IMG/VR virus record: IMGVR_UViG_3300008107_000170
Strand: one strand, 5' to 3'
Source of the DNA: an uncultured virus (IMG/VR IMGVR_UViG_3300008107_000170)
Taxonomy: Duplodnaviria; Heunggongvirae; Uroviricota; Caudoviricetes
Length of the DNA: 64,000 bases
Part shown: positions 35,447-45,760 of the stretch, one piece after another
Numbering within the stretch: position 1 is the stretch's first letter
Layout of the letters: each line of letters starts with the position of its first letter
Notes under the pieces: model-generated
Databases searched by the model: none
What the model saw: the letters and a program-made list of their open reading frames with translations, nothing else
What the model was told of the DNA's origin: nothing
Program-made: the position numbers and the translations under genes

Positions 35447-37504
35447 ATGGCATCTGACTTCATGAGTAAGTTTGGAATCGGCGGGCAGTCCGGAAACAAA
35501 GTCCGCCTGGTCGCTGACCTTACCTCAGAGTACGCCAAACTAAACACCGTTCTTGAAAAGACCAAAAAGCTTTCTGAAGATATTGCTAAGAACCTCAGAA
35601 AAGCAACTGGAAAAGGCGGCGGCACTGGCGACGTAATGGGCGGCATGAACCTGCCTCCTATCGGCCCTGCCGCAAACATACCTATGGGCCAGGGCTCTGG
35701 CGACTTTACTTCCCTAGGATTCCAGGGCAAGGGGGCTGGAAAGCTAGAAGTCACTACTCCTACTGGATTTGTCTCCCCCAATAGAAAAGCTGAAGTATGG
35801 GACAACTTTAAGGCAAACATAGGTCAACTTGGACTCGGACTAGCTGCGGGCGGTGCCCAAGCGGTTGATGTCGAGGGCATGATTATGAACGACGTAGTTC
35901 GTCGTCGTTTTGGTTTCTATTCTGGTCAGCCTGGAACTCAGGCGGGCTCTGGGGCTATGAGAACCCTTATGAACCGCGGAACATTTATGGACCCAATGGA
36001 TGCTGCTGGCGCAGTATCTGCCGGGGCCAGCATGGGCCTAATGCCTGGAATGAAGAACTACAATACAGTTCTTAACAGCATGGCCACTGTGTCTAACCTC
36101 ACACCTGGCGTAAGCGGTGAGCAGGCTGCGGGCGCTGTGTCAGGACTGAACCAGGCTAGAAATGTCAACATGCTTCGTATGATTGGCATTAATGTTCGAA
36201 ATGAACAAGGTTTAATGCGCGGGTTTGAAGACATTGCAAATGACCTTTGGTCAACCTTAACCCGTCAAAAGACCGGTGCTGGAAAAATTACAGCTGAAGA
36301 CTTGGCGCTGTCTTTGCAGCCTGGTAACTCGCTTGACATGCTTCTTAACCAGTACTTTGGTAACGACCCTGTGCTAAGACAAAGTGTTGTGGCAGCTCTA
36401 TATCAGAAAGCTGGTGGCGGAAGTTTTTCTAAAGAGTCTCTACAAAAAAGCGGCGCTAACCCAGAAGTTACACAGTCATTTGGACGTCGCAAGGCTGCAG
36501 AGTACGGCGCTATTGACACCTTCACTGATGCAGGCACTAGAGGAGTAATTACCTCAAATGACATGCTTACAAATGTTGCTAATGTATTTGCTGACGCAAC
36601 TGGGCTGTTCAAGAGCGCCGTAGATGTATTCGTAGGTTTTACTTCTGGCGGACAGAACATCATGGGTGCCTTTGGCGGCGCTCCGGGAACCATCCTTGGT
36701 AGCGTAGTTAATTTTGGTAGAAATCTTTTCAGCAAAGCAGCTGGAGGCGAGGGCGTAGGTGGTGAGGGCGTAGGTGGCTCTGGAGTATCGTCGCCACTAA
36801 AAGGAAAGTTATCTACCCCTACTCACGGTGAGTTTGGTAACCAGGCAAGCTTTAGAAGTAGAAAACACCGAGGCGTAGACTTTAGGGCAAACACTGGAGA
36901 CCCTGTATTTGCTGTTAAAGACGGAACCGTAGTCAAGGCCGGTGACGAGGGAGACCTCGGAAACATGGTACGAATTAAACACAAAGACGGCAATAGAACT
37001 GTTTATGCTCACCTTAGTAAAATTGCCGCTAGAAAAGACTCCTCTGTTTCTGCGGGTGAGTTAATTGGGTATGCGGGGTATTCTGGCGGGGTTAACCCTA
37101 AGGGGCCAGCAGGGGCTCACCTACACCTCGGTCTTGAAACAAGTAGCGGCAAGGCAATTGACCCCTCGGCTTTCTTAAGCGGCGCGTCACCAGTTAGTTC
37201 TGCTGATGAAGGGGAGGCATCAGATACTGCCGAGACTAAGCCTAAAAGCCTATGGTCTCAGACAAGCGGTTCTAGTTCTTTGTGGTCTGACTCACCGACT
37301 ACTGACGCTGCTGGCGGTGAGGGCGTAGGGGCAATCGGCGGAAGCTCATACGTCAGTGTTGGAAACTCTGGAGTTAATTACGGTGGAGTAACGGTAAACA
37401 TTAACGTGCCTACTGGAACTGCGCTTAATGAAGAAAAACTTGCTAGAGAAATCAAGCGAGTATTGGCAGACGAAGAACAGCTAAGAATGGCGGTAACCCG
37501 ATGA
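35447..37504 (+). CDS. Tape measure protein with C-terminal M23 peptidase domain
   Basis: Gly/Ala-rich helical body; HRGVDF (HxxxD), YAHL, HLH motifs. Confidence 0.82.
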   Translation: MASDFMSKFGIGGQSGNKVRLVADLTSEYAKLNTVLEKTKKLSEDIAKNLRKATGKGGGTGDVMGGMNLPPIGPAANIPMGQGSGDFTSLGFQGKGAGKLEVTTPTGFVSPNRKAEVWDNFKANIGQLGLGLAAGGAQAVDVEGMIMNDVVRRRFGFYSGQPGTQAGSGAMRTLMNRGTFMDPMDAAGAVSAGASMGLMPGMKNYNTVLNSMATVSNLTPGVSGEQAAGAVSGLNQARNVNMLRMIGINVRNEQGLMRGFEDIANDLWSTLTRQKTGAGKITAEDLALSLQPGNSLDMLLNQYFGNDPVLRQSVVAALYQKAGGGSFSKESLQKSGANPEVTQSFGRRKAAEYGAIDTFTDAGTRGVITSNDMLTNVANVFADATGLFKSAVDVFVGFTSGGQNIMGAFGGAPGTILGSVVNFGRNLFSKAAGGEGVGGEGVGGSGVSSPLKGKLSTPTHGEFGNQASFRSRKHRGVDFRANTGDPVFAVKDGTVVKAGDEGDLGNMVRIKHKDGNRTVYAHLSKIAARKDSSVSAGELIGYAGYSGGVNPKGPAGAHLHLGLETSSGKAIDPSAFLSGASPVSSADEGEASDTAETKPKSLWSQTSGSSSLWSDSPTTDAAGGEGVGAIGGSSYVSVGNSGVNYGGVTVNINVPTGTALNEEKLAREIKRVLADEEQLRMAVTR

Positions 37505-38847
37505 CAGATTTTGATACCCAAAGCGGCCCAGTTAATACCACAGCGGCTAGGGATACCCAGGTAGTTTACGTTTATGGAAATGGTCAAAGGCAGTACCAAC
37601 CAGTAGTTAGAACTACAGTAGGCACTGGTGTGTCGCCTACTATTTTCTACCAGTCGCCGCCAATCATTCAAAAAGAAGCCGGATTACCAATTGACGTAAA
37701 ACCCGGTGACATAGTAACTAAGTACGGCTGGAACTATAACAGCCAAACTGCGTATGACAGCCCCTTTGAAGCAAAATATATATACGGGCAGCCTGCAACA
37801 AATTCAAGCGTCATTGACAATCAGGCGACAAAACCGTACAGACTTGCCGACGGCTCATACACCTATGTTCCTGCAGCAAACGCCAGTAGTGTTATTGAAG
37901 ATTACGCTGAGCAAGGCGGCTCTATCCCCGCACCGCCAGAAAACCCAAACAAATATAAGTGGAACTTGCCGCCGCACAAGTGGAGCATGCCTCTACGACC
38001 GGCCCCTGACAAATTTGCCGCAGGCGATAAAGGCAGGATGAGAAAACCTGTCTCTGATGCATACAGGCGCGGACGTATTTGGTGGAAAGCGAATGACCCT
38101 ACCGTACAAGTTTTTTCCTCTGATAAACGTGGAGCCGTTGATAAGACTGCTAAACTAAACCTTCAGGACTCAGAGGCCAGACGGTACGGTTTTCAGTTTC
38201 TGTGGAATCCAGAGACATTCGGCACTAGTGTTGCAGTTCAGATGGAGGCGACCCCTAATGCGAACGACCGATTTCTGGCCGTTGCTGGTGCATTTCCTGC
38301 TACCGAAACAATTACTTTTAATATAAGAATTGACCGAACAAACGACTTTGCTTGTGCCGCTGGCGCTACTGGCAGGCCAACGCAAATAGCTAAAGTTGGT
38401 ACCGGGGTAATTGCAGATAACTGGGTTACTAAAGACTACGCTAGGCGGTTTAAAGATTTCTACGCCACTCCTACCAGTTTCTTCGCCGGCTCAGATGTTA
38501 ACGAAGAGCTATTTGTAAACAACATTGTTGATTTATTGCAACGAGGTACTATAGCGGATATTGAATATCTATATATGGCTATTAATGGACCTGGTCCTGG
38601 TACTCAAAACGCATTAAGTGTTGGCAACAAATGGATTAACAGCCGAGGCATAGCTACCGCTGATATTGGTTTCTTGATGCCTACATTGTTAAACATAGAC
38701 ATTGGGCCTCTTTCTTATCAGGGTTATGTAACCAATCTTCAGGTAAACCACACTTCGTTTACCCAGGAAATGATTCCTATTCGCAGTGATTTAACTATCT
38801 CCCTAAACCTGCTTGCTACAGTCGGTTTGTCTGGGACCACACAGTAA
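37501..38847 (+). CDS. Baseplate hub / tube-initiator-like protein
   Basis: GFQFLWNP, YQGYVTNLQVNHTSFTQEMIPIR; position after tape measure. Confidence 0.65.
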   Translation: MTDFDTQSGPVNTTAARDTQVVYVYGNGQRQYQPVVRTTVGTGVSPTIFYQSPPIIQKEAGLPIDVKPGDIVTKYGWNYNSQTAYDSPFEAKYIYGQPATNSSVIDNQATKPYRLADGSYTYVPAANASSVIEDYAEQGGSIPAPPENPNKYKWNLPPHKWSMPLRPAPDKFAAGDKGRMRKPVSDAYRRGRIWWKANDPTVQVFSSDKRGAVDKTAKLNLQDSEARRYGFQFLWNPETFGTSVAVQMEATPNANDRFLAVAGAFPATETITFNIRIDRTNDFACAAGATGRPTQIAKVGTGVIADNWVTKDYARRFKDFYATPTSFFAGSDVNEELFVNNIVDLLQRGTIADIEYLYMAINGPGPGTQNALSVGNKWINSRGIATADIGFLMPTLLNIDIGPLSYQGYVTNLQVNHTSFTQEMIPIRSDLTISLNLLATVGLSGTTQ

Positions 38848-38855
38848 GGACTAAT

Positions 38856-39137
38856 ATGGCTATCTATTTAGGCTCTAGGTACGAGAACTCTACTGTAGAT
38901 TTTCTTGCATACCGTTCCCCTGAAACCGCAGCTCCTGTTGTGTTTTACCAATTTCCTGATATCGGGCGGATTACCTATTCAGAATACTCCTGGCAAGAGG
39001 GTGACCGCATGGACCAGGTAGCTGCTAAATTCTATAGGTACCCGGAGCTGTGGTGGCTTGTTGCACAGGCTAATCCTCAAATTGATGACCACAATAAAAT
39101 ACCAGCCGGAACTGTGTTAAGGATTCCAGTTGTTTAA
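38856..39137 (+). CDS. LysM / tail-X-like baseplate protein
   Basis: EGDRMDQVAAKFY...LWWLVAQANP...GTVLRIP. Confidence 0.85.
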   Translation: MAIYLGSRYENSTVDFLAYRSPETAAPVVFYQFPDIGRITYSEYSWQEGDRMDQVAAKFYRYPELWWLVAQANPQIDDHNKIPAGTVLRIPVV

Positions 39138-40443
39138 TTATGTTTCTGTAGAGCTTCCTGCTAGCACGCTGCAATTTAAGCGCGTGTTTAAAGTTACCTA
39201 CCGTCAGCATAACTACGAGCACGACTACGCTAGGGTTTATTTTAGGGACTGGAACGCTGCCCTCAACAAGTCTAGGCCAGGCAGCCCAATTATTATTAAA
39301 CTAAAAAATAAAGAGTTTTTTGGCTATGTCCATGACGTTAGAGGACACCAGGACTCAAACTCTAACTTTACCGAGGTCGGTATTATTGGGGCATCCTACG
39401 TTATGCGCCAGGGTAGCCAAGAGGTTTACAAGAACGTTACCGCAGACCAGGTCATCGTAAAAATAGCTAAGAAGTACGGGTTCTCGTACAAGGTGACGCC
39501 GCACCCACGCGTTTACCCGCAGATTTCTCAGGCCGGTCTTACTGATTGGGAGCTTATGGTTAAGCTAGCCAAGCAGTGCGGGTACTTTTTGCGAGCAGAA
39601 AATACATCTATATATTTTCAGCCACTTACTCAGGACTTTGAAGAGTACATCTATGAAGCGCCAATCTTTGCTAAAAATGACGCGGGCTTTAAATCCTCTG
39701 TTCCGCTGTATTCATTTAAGCCGCTGATTGGCGAGACCCTAGCGCATAACGGGGCGGACAAGTCAGCAATATCTATTGCGGGTGTAGACCCTGAGACAGG
39801 CAAATATTTTAAATATACAAAACAACGCCGCTCACTACCCACCAGGCGTAACTCACAGCCTGAGCTATTTGATAAGCACAGCACGGCTGTTGTTGCAAAT
39901 AACTACAATACAGCCGTTCAAGAAGCCAAAAGTGCTGATGAGAAAAGTCGTTTTCCGTACTCTGCTGAGGCGGAGGTAATTGGCGATACTCGTCTTAAGC
40001 CAGGTCATCCGGTATACATTGCCGGTGTTGGAACTGAGTACTCTGGATACTGGACAGTGCTACGCGTAGAGCATTATGTTATCGAAGAGTCTTTAAACGC
40101 TCAGAGGTTTACTACAAGGCTTCTACTAGGCACGGACTCTTTAGGAGAAACCGCTGACCCTAAGTATCCAATAACACCGCCATCTAGGGCTACTCGACTA
40201 ATATCTTCTAGGACAAGAAGCACTCGAGTAATACCACAAACTGTGTTGAGGTCTGCGGGTAACCAGTCAAAACCAAAAGGCGCTGTTTCTTTGGTAAGCA
40301 GGACTAACAGAGCAAACGTTGCTAGCAAGCACATACGTCAAAATACCTGGGTATCAGTTCAGGGCAACTTGAATAGCCGTCCACAAAAACCATCTATGTC
40401 GCCCACAATTAGAGCTAAGGTGGCCCGAAATGTCGCACGATGA
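39130..40443 (+). CDS. Baseplate hub protein (gpD/gp27-like)
   Basis: IAKKYGF, QAGLTDWELMVKLA, G...LKPG.PV.I.G.G..YSG.W.V..V.H. Confidence 0.8.
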   Translation: MFNYVSVELPASTLQFKRVFKVTYRQHNYEHDYARVYFRDWNAALNKSRPGSPIIIKLKNKEFFGYVHDVRGHQDSNSNFTEVGIIGASYVMRQGSQEVYKNVTADQVIVKIAKKYGFSYKVTPHPRVYPQISQAGLTDWELMVKLAKQCGYFLRAENTSIYFQPLTQDFEEYIYEAPIFAKNDAGFKSSVPLYSFKPLIGETLAHNGADKSAISIAGVDPETGKYFKYTKQRRSLPTRRNSQPELFDKHSTAVVANNYNTAVQEAKSADEKSRFPYSAEAEVIGDTRLKPGHPVYIAGVGTEYSGYWTVLRVEHYVIEESLNAQRFTTRLLLGTDSLGETADPKYPITPPSRATRLISSRTRSTRVIPQTVLRSAGNQSKPKGAVSLVSRTNRANVASKHIRQNTWVSVQGNLNSRPQKPSMSPTIRAKVARNVAR

Positions 40444-41113
40444 AAAGTACTTTGGGTTATATAGAGGAGTCGTTGTAGATAATAATGACCCTAAAAATCT
40501 GGGCAGAGTAAAGATGATAGTCCCACAAGTTATGGGTGAACAAGTAACGGATTGGGCTTGGCCAGTTGGCGGGGCTATCAGTCAGGTAAGTTACCCTTAC
40601 GGAACTTTTTACACAACCGCTGACCAAAGTATCGGAGTTAACACAGCTACGGTAATTAATACTAGCTGGGTTGAAGGCGATACTAATAAGACTTACCTGG
40701 ATGGTGCTAAAATATACGTAGAAGAAACTGGAGATTACTTTGTACAGTTTTCTTCCATGCTTATTAAAACTAACTCTAGCTCTGGCACCGCAAACATATG
40801 GTTTAGGAAGAACGGCACAGACATACCGGATAGCAACACTAAGATTACTCTGGCAGGCAATGACGCTGAAGTTACAATGACCGTCAGTCTTATTTTGGAC
40901 TTAGAAGCTGGAGATTATATACAGTTTGTTTCTTCAGCCAGCAGTACAAACACCTTTATCAGCTCTGATGCCGCAGGAGTTGGCCCCGCTACGCCGGGTA
41001 TTATTGCTACCCTTAATTTGGTGGGTAAGTACAAACCCAGACCTTCTCAAGCTGTTTGGGCCTCGTTTGAAGGCGGAGACCCTAACTTCCCACTATGGAT
41101 TGGAGCCTCATAA
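40430..41113 (+). CDS. Baseplate spike protein (gpV/Gp5 OB fold) with internal insertion
   Basis: GLYRGVVVDNNDP..LGRVK..VP...WAWP and VWASFEGGDPNFPLWIG separated by ~150 aa. Confidence 0.8.
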   Translation: MSHDEKYFGLYRGVVVDNNDPKNLGRVKMIVPQVMGEQVTDWAWPVGGAISQVSYPYGTFYTTADQSIGVNTATVINTSWVEGDTNKTYLDGAKIYVEETGDYFVQFSSMLIKTNSSSGTANIWFRKNGTDIPDSNTKITLAGNDAEVTMTVSLILDLEAGDYIQFVSSASSTNTFISSDAAGVGPATPGIIATLNLVGKYKPRPSQAVWASFEGGDPNFPLWIGAS

Positions 41114-41514
41114 TGTCAGTTATCGCTATGCCTTTTAGGTTTAACTCACTAGGCCGTATAGAAGCTACTACAGACGCCAGGATTGTCTGGAAGAACCGCA
41201 TAGTTATGCTGCTTGCTACTAAGTTTGGCGAGCGAGTTATGCGCCCTGACTTTGGCAGCGACTTGCACACAACCGTATTTGAGAACGAAGAAACGGCCAT
41301 GGAAATAGCCCAGCGCAGCATCACTATCGCCTTTAATCAGTGGCTCGGTGACCTACAATTGTTAGAGATTAACCCTACATACGACGACTATTCGGGCATC
41401 ATGGAGTTTGAAATCAGGTACTCACTTCCGTCTGGAGAGCAGGATAGCGTCTCCCTAAACACGGCCCTGTTCAATAGAACCGGCGACTTACTACAGGAGA
41501 TAGCACGTGGATAA
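41113..41514 (+). CDS. Baseplate wedge protein (gp25/GPW-like)
   Basis: LLATKFGERVMRPDFGS. Confidence 0.88.
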   Translation: MSVIAMPFRFNSLGRIEATTDARIVWKNRIVMLLATKFGERVMRPDFGSDLHTTVFENEETAMEIAQRSITIAFNQWLGDLQLLEINPTYDDYSGIMEFEIRYSLPSGEQDSVSLNTALFNRTGDLLQEIARG

Positions 41515-43216
41515 TAACATTAATTATATCCCACAGGTAGATTACACCTCTAGGGACTACATAGCAATTAGGGACGACCTAACTAATCTTATTAATCAGT
41601 TTGCCCCTAACTGGACTAGCCGTGACCCGTCTGACCTAGGCATGGTCATGATTGAGTTGTTCTCATACCTTGGCGATTTGATGAACTTCTACACTGACCG
41701 AGCTGCAAACGAAGGTTTTATTGCAACTGCGAGCCAAAGGGACAGCCTTCTTCAACTTGCTCGTATGCTTGGCTACGTTCCAACAGCAATCTCAGCTGCA
41801 TCCGTAACGCTGACCTTTAGCAACTCAACCGCCTCTAGCGTAGTAGTTCCAGCTAAGACTCAGGTAGCAACCACCTCGGTAGTAAACGGCCTTAACACGC
41901 AAATCATTTTTGAGACAGACTCGGCAGTTACGGTACCCGCTAAAGTGGGCGCTACTAACGGAAGCGCTACGGTTTTGGCTAGCGAAGGCGTGACTATCTC
42001 CAGTGAAGTGCTTGGCACATCTAATGGTGCTCCTAGCCAGGCCTTCCGACTATCAGAGCCTGACGTAATTAACTCTAGCGTTTCAGTATTAATTAACGGA
42101 GTTAACTATTCGTACAGCTCGTCTTTGCTGAACAACAACTCTTACGACTCTGTTTTCTCTTTGAATACTGACGCTGAGGGATACACGTATGTTGTATTTG
42201 GAGACGGAATCGGTGGCCGAGTTCCCCCTACGGCATCCACAATTTACGCAACATACAGGGTTGGAAATGGAACTCTCGGTAATGTTCCAGCGTTTACTCT
42301 CGACAACATGCTGACCAACATCACCGCAGGAATTACGGTGAGCAATAATGAAGGAGCAATTGGTGGAGCGGATGAGGAGTCCTCTGACTCTATTCGACTA
42401 AACGCCCCAAGAGCTTTGAAGGCTTTGACTAGGGCTGTGTCTCTAAAAGACTACTCCTACCTCGCGCTTCAAGTACCGGGCGTTGCCAAGGCTAACGCTA
42501 GTTCATCTGTCTACACAAACGTGATTCTATATGTTGCGCCATTTGGAGACCTTGGAGTAGTTCTATCTGGCGGTGTGTACGTACCAACCGCTGCGTTTAA
42601 TGCGCTAGCGACTAACGTAGCTGCTTACTTCTTAGATAAAACTCCTCCAAACACTACGCTTACTATTCTTCCGCCTACGTATGTAGAAATTGACATTGAC
42701 ATGACTGTCCGTGTATTACCGCAATACCAGCAGGCTGCTACCACAACCAGTGCACTGGCATCTATTAGAGAGTTAGTTTCTCAAGATAACTCATTCTTCT
42801 CTGAGATAATTCCGGTGCAGTATATCCTGAACGCGGTAAGCTCTGTTCCTGGTGTGGACTATGCAACCGTAGAGCTATTGAGACGAACAACTGCTGCTCA
42901 AACATTTTCTGTAAACAACTACAGTAGAAGCACAAACGTAGTAACCATTACTACTAGCGCAACCCACAACATTACAGTCGGTCAAACAATTGTTGTTGCA
43001 GAAGTATCGTCCGCCGCTAATGGTACGTGGGTAGTTACAGCTGTTACTGGAACTACTATCGCATACGCAACTTTGACCAGCGGAACAATTACTTCTACTG
43101 CTGTATCCCCAGTAGGGTCTGTTAAGGCTCAGGTAGTTGAAACAATCACATGTGCCGTAAACGAAATTCCGTCAGAAGGCACGTTTAACCTAACCGCTAT
43201 CGGCGGAATTCAGTAA
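41507..43216 (+). CDS. Baseplate J-like wedge protein
   Basis: DYTSRDY, WTSRDPSDLG, FGDG..G.VP, GGADEES, RAVSLKDY. Confidence 0.88.
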   Translation: MDNNINYIPQVDYTSRDYIAIRDDLTNLINQFAPNWTSRDPSDLGMVMIELFSYLGDLMNFYTDRAANEGFIATASQRDSLLQLARMLGYVPTAISAASVTLTFSNSTASSVVVPAKTQVATTSVVNGLNTQIIFETDSAVTVPAKVGATNGSATVLASEGVTISSEVLGTSNGAPSQAFRLSEPDVINSSVSVLINGVNYSYSSSLLNNNSYDSVFSLNTDAEGYTYVVFGDGIGGRVPPTASTIYATYRVGNGTLGNVPAFTLDNMLTNITAGITVSNNEGAIGGADEESSDSIRLNAPRALKALTRAVSLKDYSYLALQVPGVAKANASSSVYTNVILYVAPFGDLGVVLSGGVYVPTAAFNALATNVAAYFLDKTPPNTTLTILPPTYVEIDIDMTVRVLPQYQQAATTTSALASIRELVSQDNSFFSEIIPVQYILNAVSSVPGVDYATVELLRRTTAAQTFSVNNYSRSTNVVTITTSATHNITVGQTIVVAEVSSAANGTWVVTAVTGTTIAYATLTSGTITSTAVSPVGSVKAQVVETITCAVNEIPSEGTFNLTAIGGIQ

Positions 43217-43224
43217 GGAGAATC

Positions 43225-43692
43225 ATGGCATCTTATCCAGGAAACCTACACACGTTTACTACTAAGGTAGATAACACGGACCTAGTTCTTGCTGCGCACG
43301 TGAACGTGTTGCAAGACGAAGTTGTTGCTGTTCAGACTGCTGTAGGCACCAACCCAGCAACTGGAACTAACACCTACACTAGCTCTGGGTTCACTGTAGG
43401 AACTAGCCACCTGACCCTAGCCGCTAGGCTTACAAACCTAGAGGTTGGAATTATCGGCGACTCTCACAACCAGTACGTTAAAGTTGCGGGAGGAAGCTTG
43501 ATTACTGCAGCTACCTCTTCGACCAAAGGCGTTATTATCAAAGGCGCGTCTAGCCAGTCTGCAAACCTTCTAGAGGTTCAGAATAGTAGCGGAACTGTAA
43601 TCGCATCTATTAGTGCATCTGGAGAGCTAACAGACACCAAGCTAACCCCAGACCTAGACAACCTGTACGTAACTACATACGTATTCGGATAG
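43225..43692 (+). CDS. Small tail/baseplate structural protein
   Basis: MASYP...AAHVNVLQDEVVAVQ motif. Confidence 0.65.
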   Translation: MASYPGNLHTFTTKVDNTDLVLAAHVNVLQDEVVAVQTAVGTNPATGTNTYTSSGFTVGTSHLTLAARLTNLEVGIIGDSHNQYVKVAGGSLITAATSSTKGVIIKGASSQSANLLEVQNSSGTVIASISASGELTDTKLTPDLDNLYVTTYVFG

Positions 43693-43700
43693 GACTTTAA

Positions 43701-45710
43701 ATGGCTGTATACGGTAGTAATTTTTATGGGCTCTTTACATACGGCGCTGAGCCTCTTGTAGAGTTTGACGCTACCCCGTTCATTGTACGGCCACACTACT
43801 ACAACACCATTTCTATTAGATGGACAAAGCCATCTGGAGACTGGACTAATTTGCTTCTGGTAAGAAACACGTTTGGTTTTCCGGTTACCCCGGATGATGG
43901 GGACATACTGCTGTCGGTTACAAATGCTGAACACGACTCCCTGGACCTGCCTTATATTGATTCAGGCGCGTCTATTGCAAACGAGAACTTTCTACTAGGT
44001 TCTGACTTTGTATACTACTACTCGCTTTTTGTAAAGAGAACTATCGACGGCAAATGGGTAAAGGCTGGCAATAACCTAACTACCTCTGTGGGTGATGGCG
44101 GTACCGGTGCCTTAATGTACGACTACACCCCACTCCCATACCGCGCGATTAATACTGACGACCTCCTGTCATTAGACGCTAAGAAGAATCTAGACCTTGC
44201 TAACTTTTTAAATGTATTTGGGTTTGAGTATGACTACTTTAAGTCTTTAGCCACTAACGTTAAAGACAGATACAACGTCTCTAAGTTGCACGGCCGCCTT
44301 GTTCCATTAATGATGGACCAGCTTGGGTTTGTCTACGAGCCTGAAATGGGTATCGAACAAGGCCGCAGACTTCTAGAGAACGCTGCTGCTATCTACCTAA
44401 CTAAGGGCTCATCTTACGGAATACGAGCATTTGTAAAGTCATTCTCAGGCTACTCAACAACGATAGCTGCAATGAAAAACTTGTTCCTTACAATCGAGGA
44501 CTCTTCTTTTGAGAACGCTAAGGGCTCGTGGTCTGTAGTATCTAACGGAACAATAACTAACATAAGCGGAGCTGGAGAGTCTCCTGCGGTTCCTCCGTAC
44601 ATTGAGTCGACATCTCCAGCCCTGTTCCCGAACTCACAGCTTGGAATACTGAAGGTCGTTGCGGCCTCTACTGCAAACTCAGTGCTAGCGTGTGGAGCTG
44701 CAAATCCAATTAACCAGGGTATCCCAGTAGTAGCCGGACAAGCGTACACATTTAGCATCTACACCAGGACTAGCCTGTCTGGAACAGCCCGCTCTGTTTC
44801 TTTAAAGATTGACTGGTACAAGTCTGACGGAACGTTTATTAGCAGCTCATCTTCTAGCTCTGCTACAAACAACGAAAGCAGTTGGACTCGTGTATCAACT
44901 GCTAACAGGACCGCTCCCTCCGGTGCGGCTTTTGCTGTACCAGTAGTTACTATTGCCGCTACTGCAGCAGATATTCACTACCTAGATGCGGGTCAGTTTG
45001 AGCAAGCTTCCTCAGCGTCAGACTACGTAGACGCTAGAAGAATTGACCTATACCTAGCCGCTATGCGTGTCAACTTGGCTAAGAACCCGACATTTGCGTC
45101 GGCTACAACTAACTGGTCTGTAGTGTCTTCATCAGCAAACTCTGTAAGTACCGCGGCAGCTTACTCTGGAACGGGGTCACTACTGCTAACCTCCAACGGA
45201 GGGGCAAAGTTTGGTTGTAATCAATCTTCAGTTCCTGTTACAGCTGGCTCAGCATACACGTGGTCAATGTATGTAAAAGACGTAAACAGCGCCGTTAGTT
45301 ACAAGGCAGGGATAAGTTGGTATGACGGCTCTTCTACGCTTATCAGCACATCAAGCGGAACTACAACTGCAGTTAGTTCGTCAGGGTGGACTAGGGTTTA
45401 TGTGACTGGAGTAGCGCCTGCTAACGCAGCCACTGCAACTATCTCAATTGAATCTTATTCTGCTGCTGCGTCTGGTACTCAAGCCTACTTTGATGGGGCT
45501 TTGTTTGAGCAAACAGACTCACTAAACCAGTACTTCGATGGTGACGCTGGATACTACGAAACTACCGACCTTTTGTGGGAAGACAACGACGACACAAACG
45601 GCAAAAGCTACTACTACAAAAACAGGCTTTACGTTACCAAACGATTGATTACCGCCCTGCCAGAGTACATGCAACTCGGGTCTACTTGGGCACTTTTCAT
45701 TGGAAGTTGA
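43701..45710 (+). CDS. Baseplate/tail protein (P2 gpI-like) with two carbohydrate-binding-like domains
   Basis: IYLTKGSSYGI; two PV.AG.AYT.S.Y...WY...WTRV...AP..A repeats. Confidence 0.7.
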   Translation: MAVYGSNFYGLFTYGAEPLVEFDATPFIVRPHYYNTISIRWTKPSGDWTNLLLVRNTFGFPVTPDDGDILLSVTNAEHDSLDLPYIDSGASIANENFLLGSDFVYYYSLFVKRTIDGKWVKAGNNLTTSVGDGGTGALMYDYTPLPYRAINTDDLLSLDAKKNLDLANFLNVFGFEYDYFKSLATNVKDRYNVSKLHGRLVPLMMDQLGFVYEPEMGIEQGRRLLENAAAIYLTKGSSYGIRAFVKSFSGYSTTIAAMKNLFLTIEDSSFENAKGSWSVVSNGTITNISGAGESPAVPPYIESTSPALFPNSQLGILKVVAASTANSVLACGAANPINQGIPVVAGQAYTFSIYTRTSLSGTARSVSLKIDWYKSDGTFISSSSSSSATNNESSWTRVSTANRTAPSGAAFAVPVVTIAATAADIHYLDAGQFEQASSASDYVDARRIDLYLAAMRVNLAKNPTFASATTNWSVVSSSANSVSTAAAYSGTGSLLLTSNGGAKFGCNQSSVPVTAGSAYTWSMYVKDVNSAVSYKAGISWYDGSSTLISTSSGTTTAVSSSGWTRVYVTGVAPANAATATISIESYSAAASGTQAYFDGALFEQTDSLNQYFDGDAGYYETTDLLWEDNDDTNGKSYYYKNRLYVTKRLITALPEYMQLGSTWALFIGS

Positions 45711-45760
45711 CAAGCCCATAACTTCGTCATAACATGATATCTCCGTCAAAGGAGGAAACC

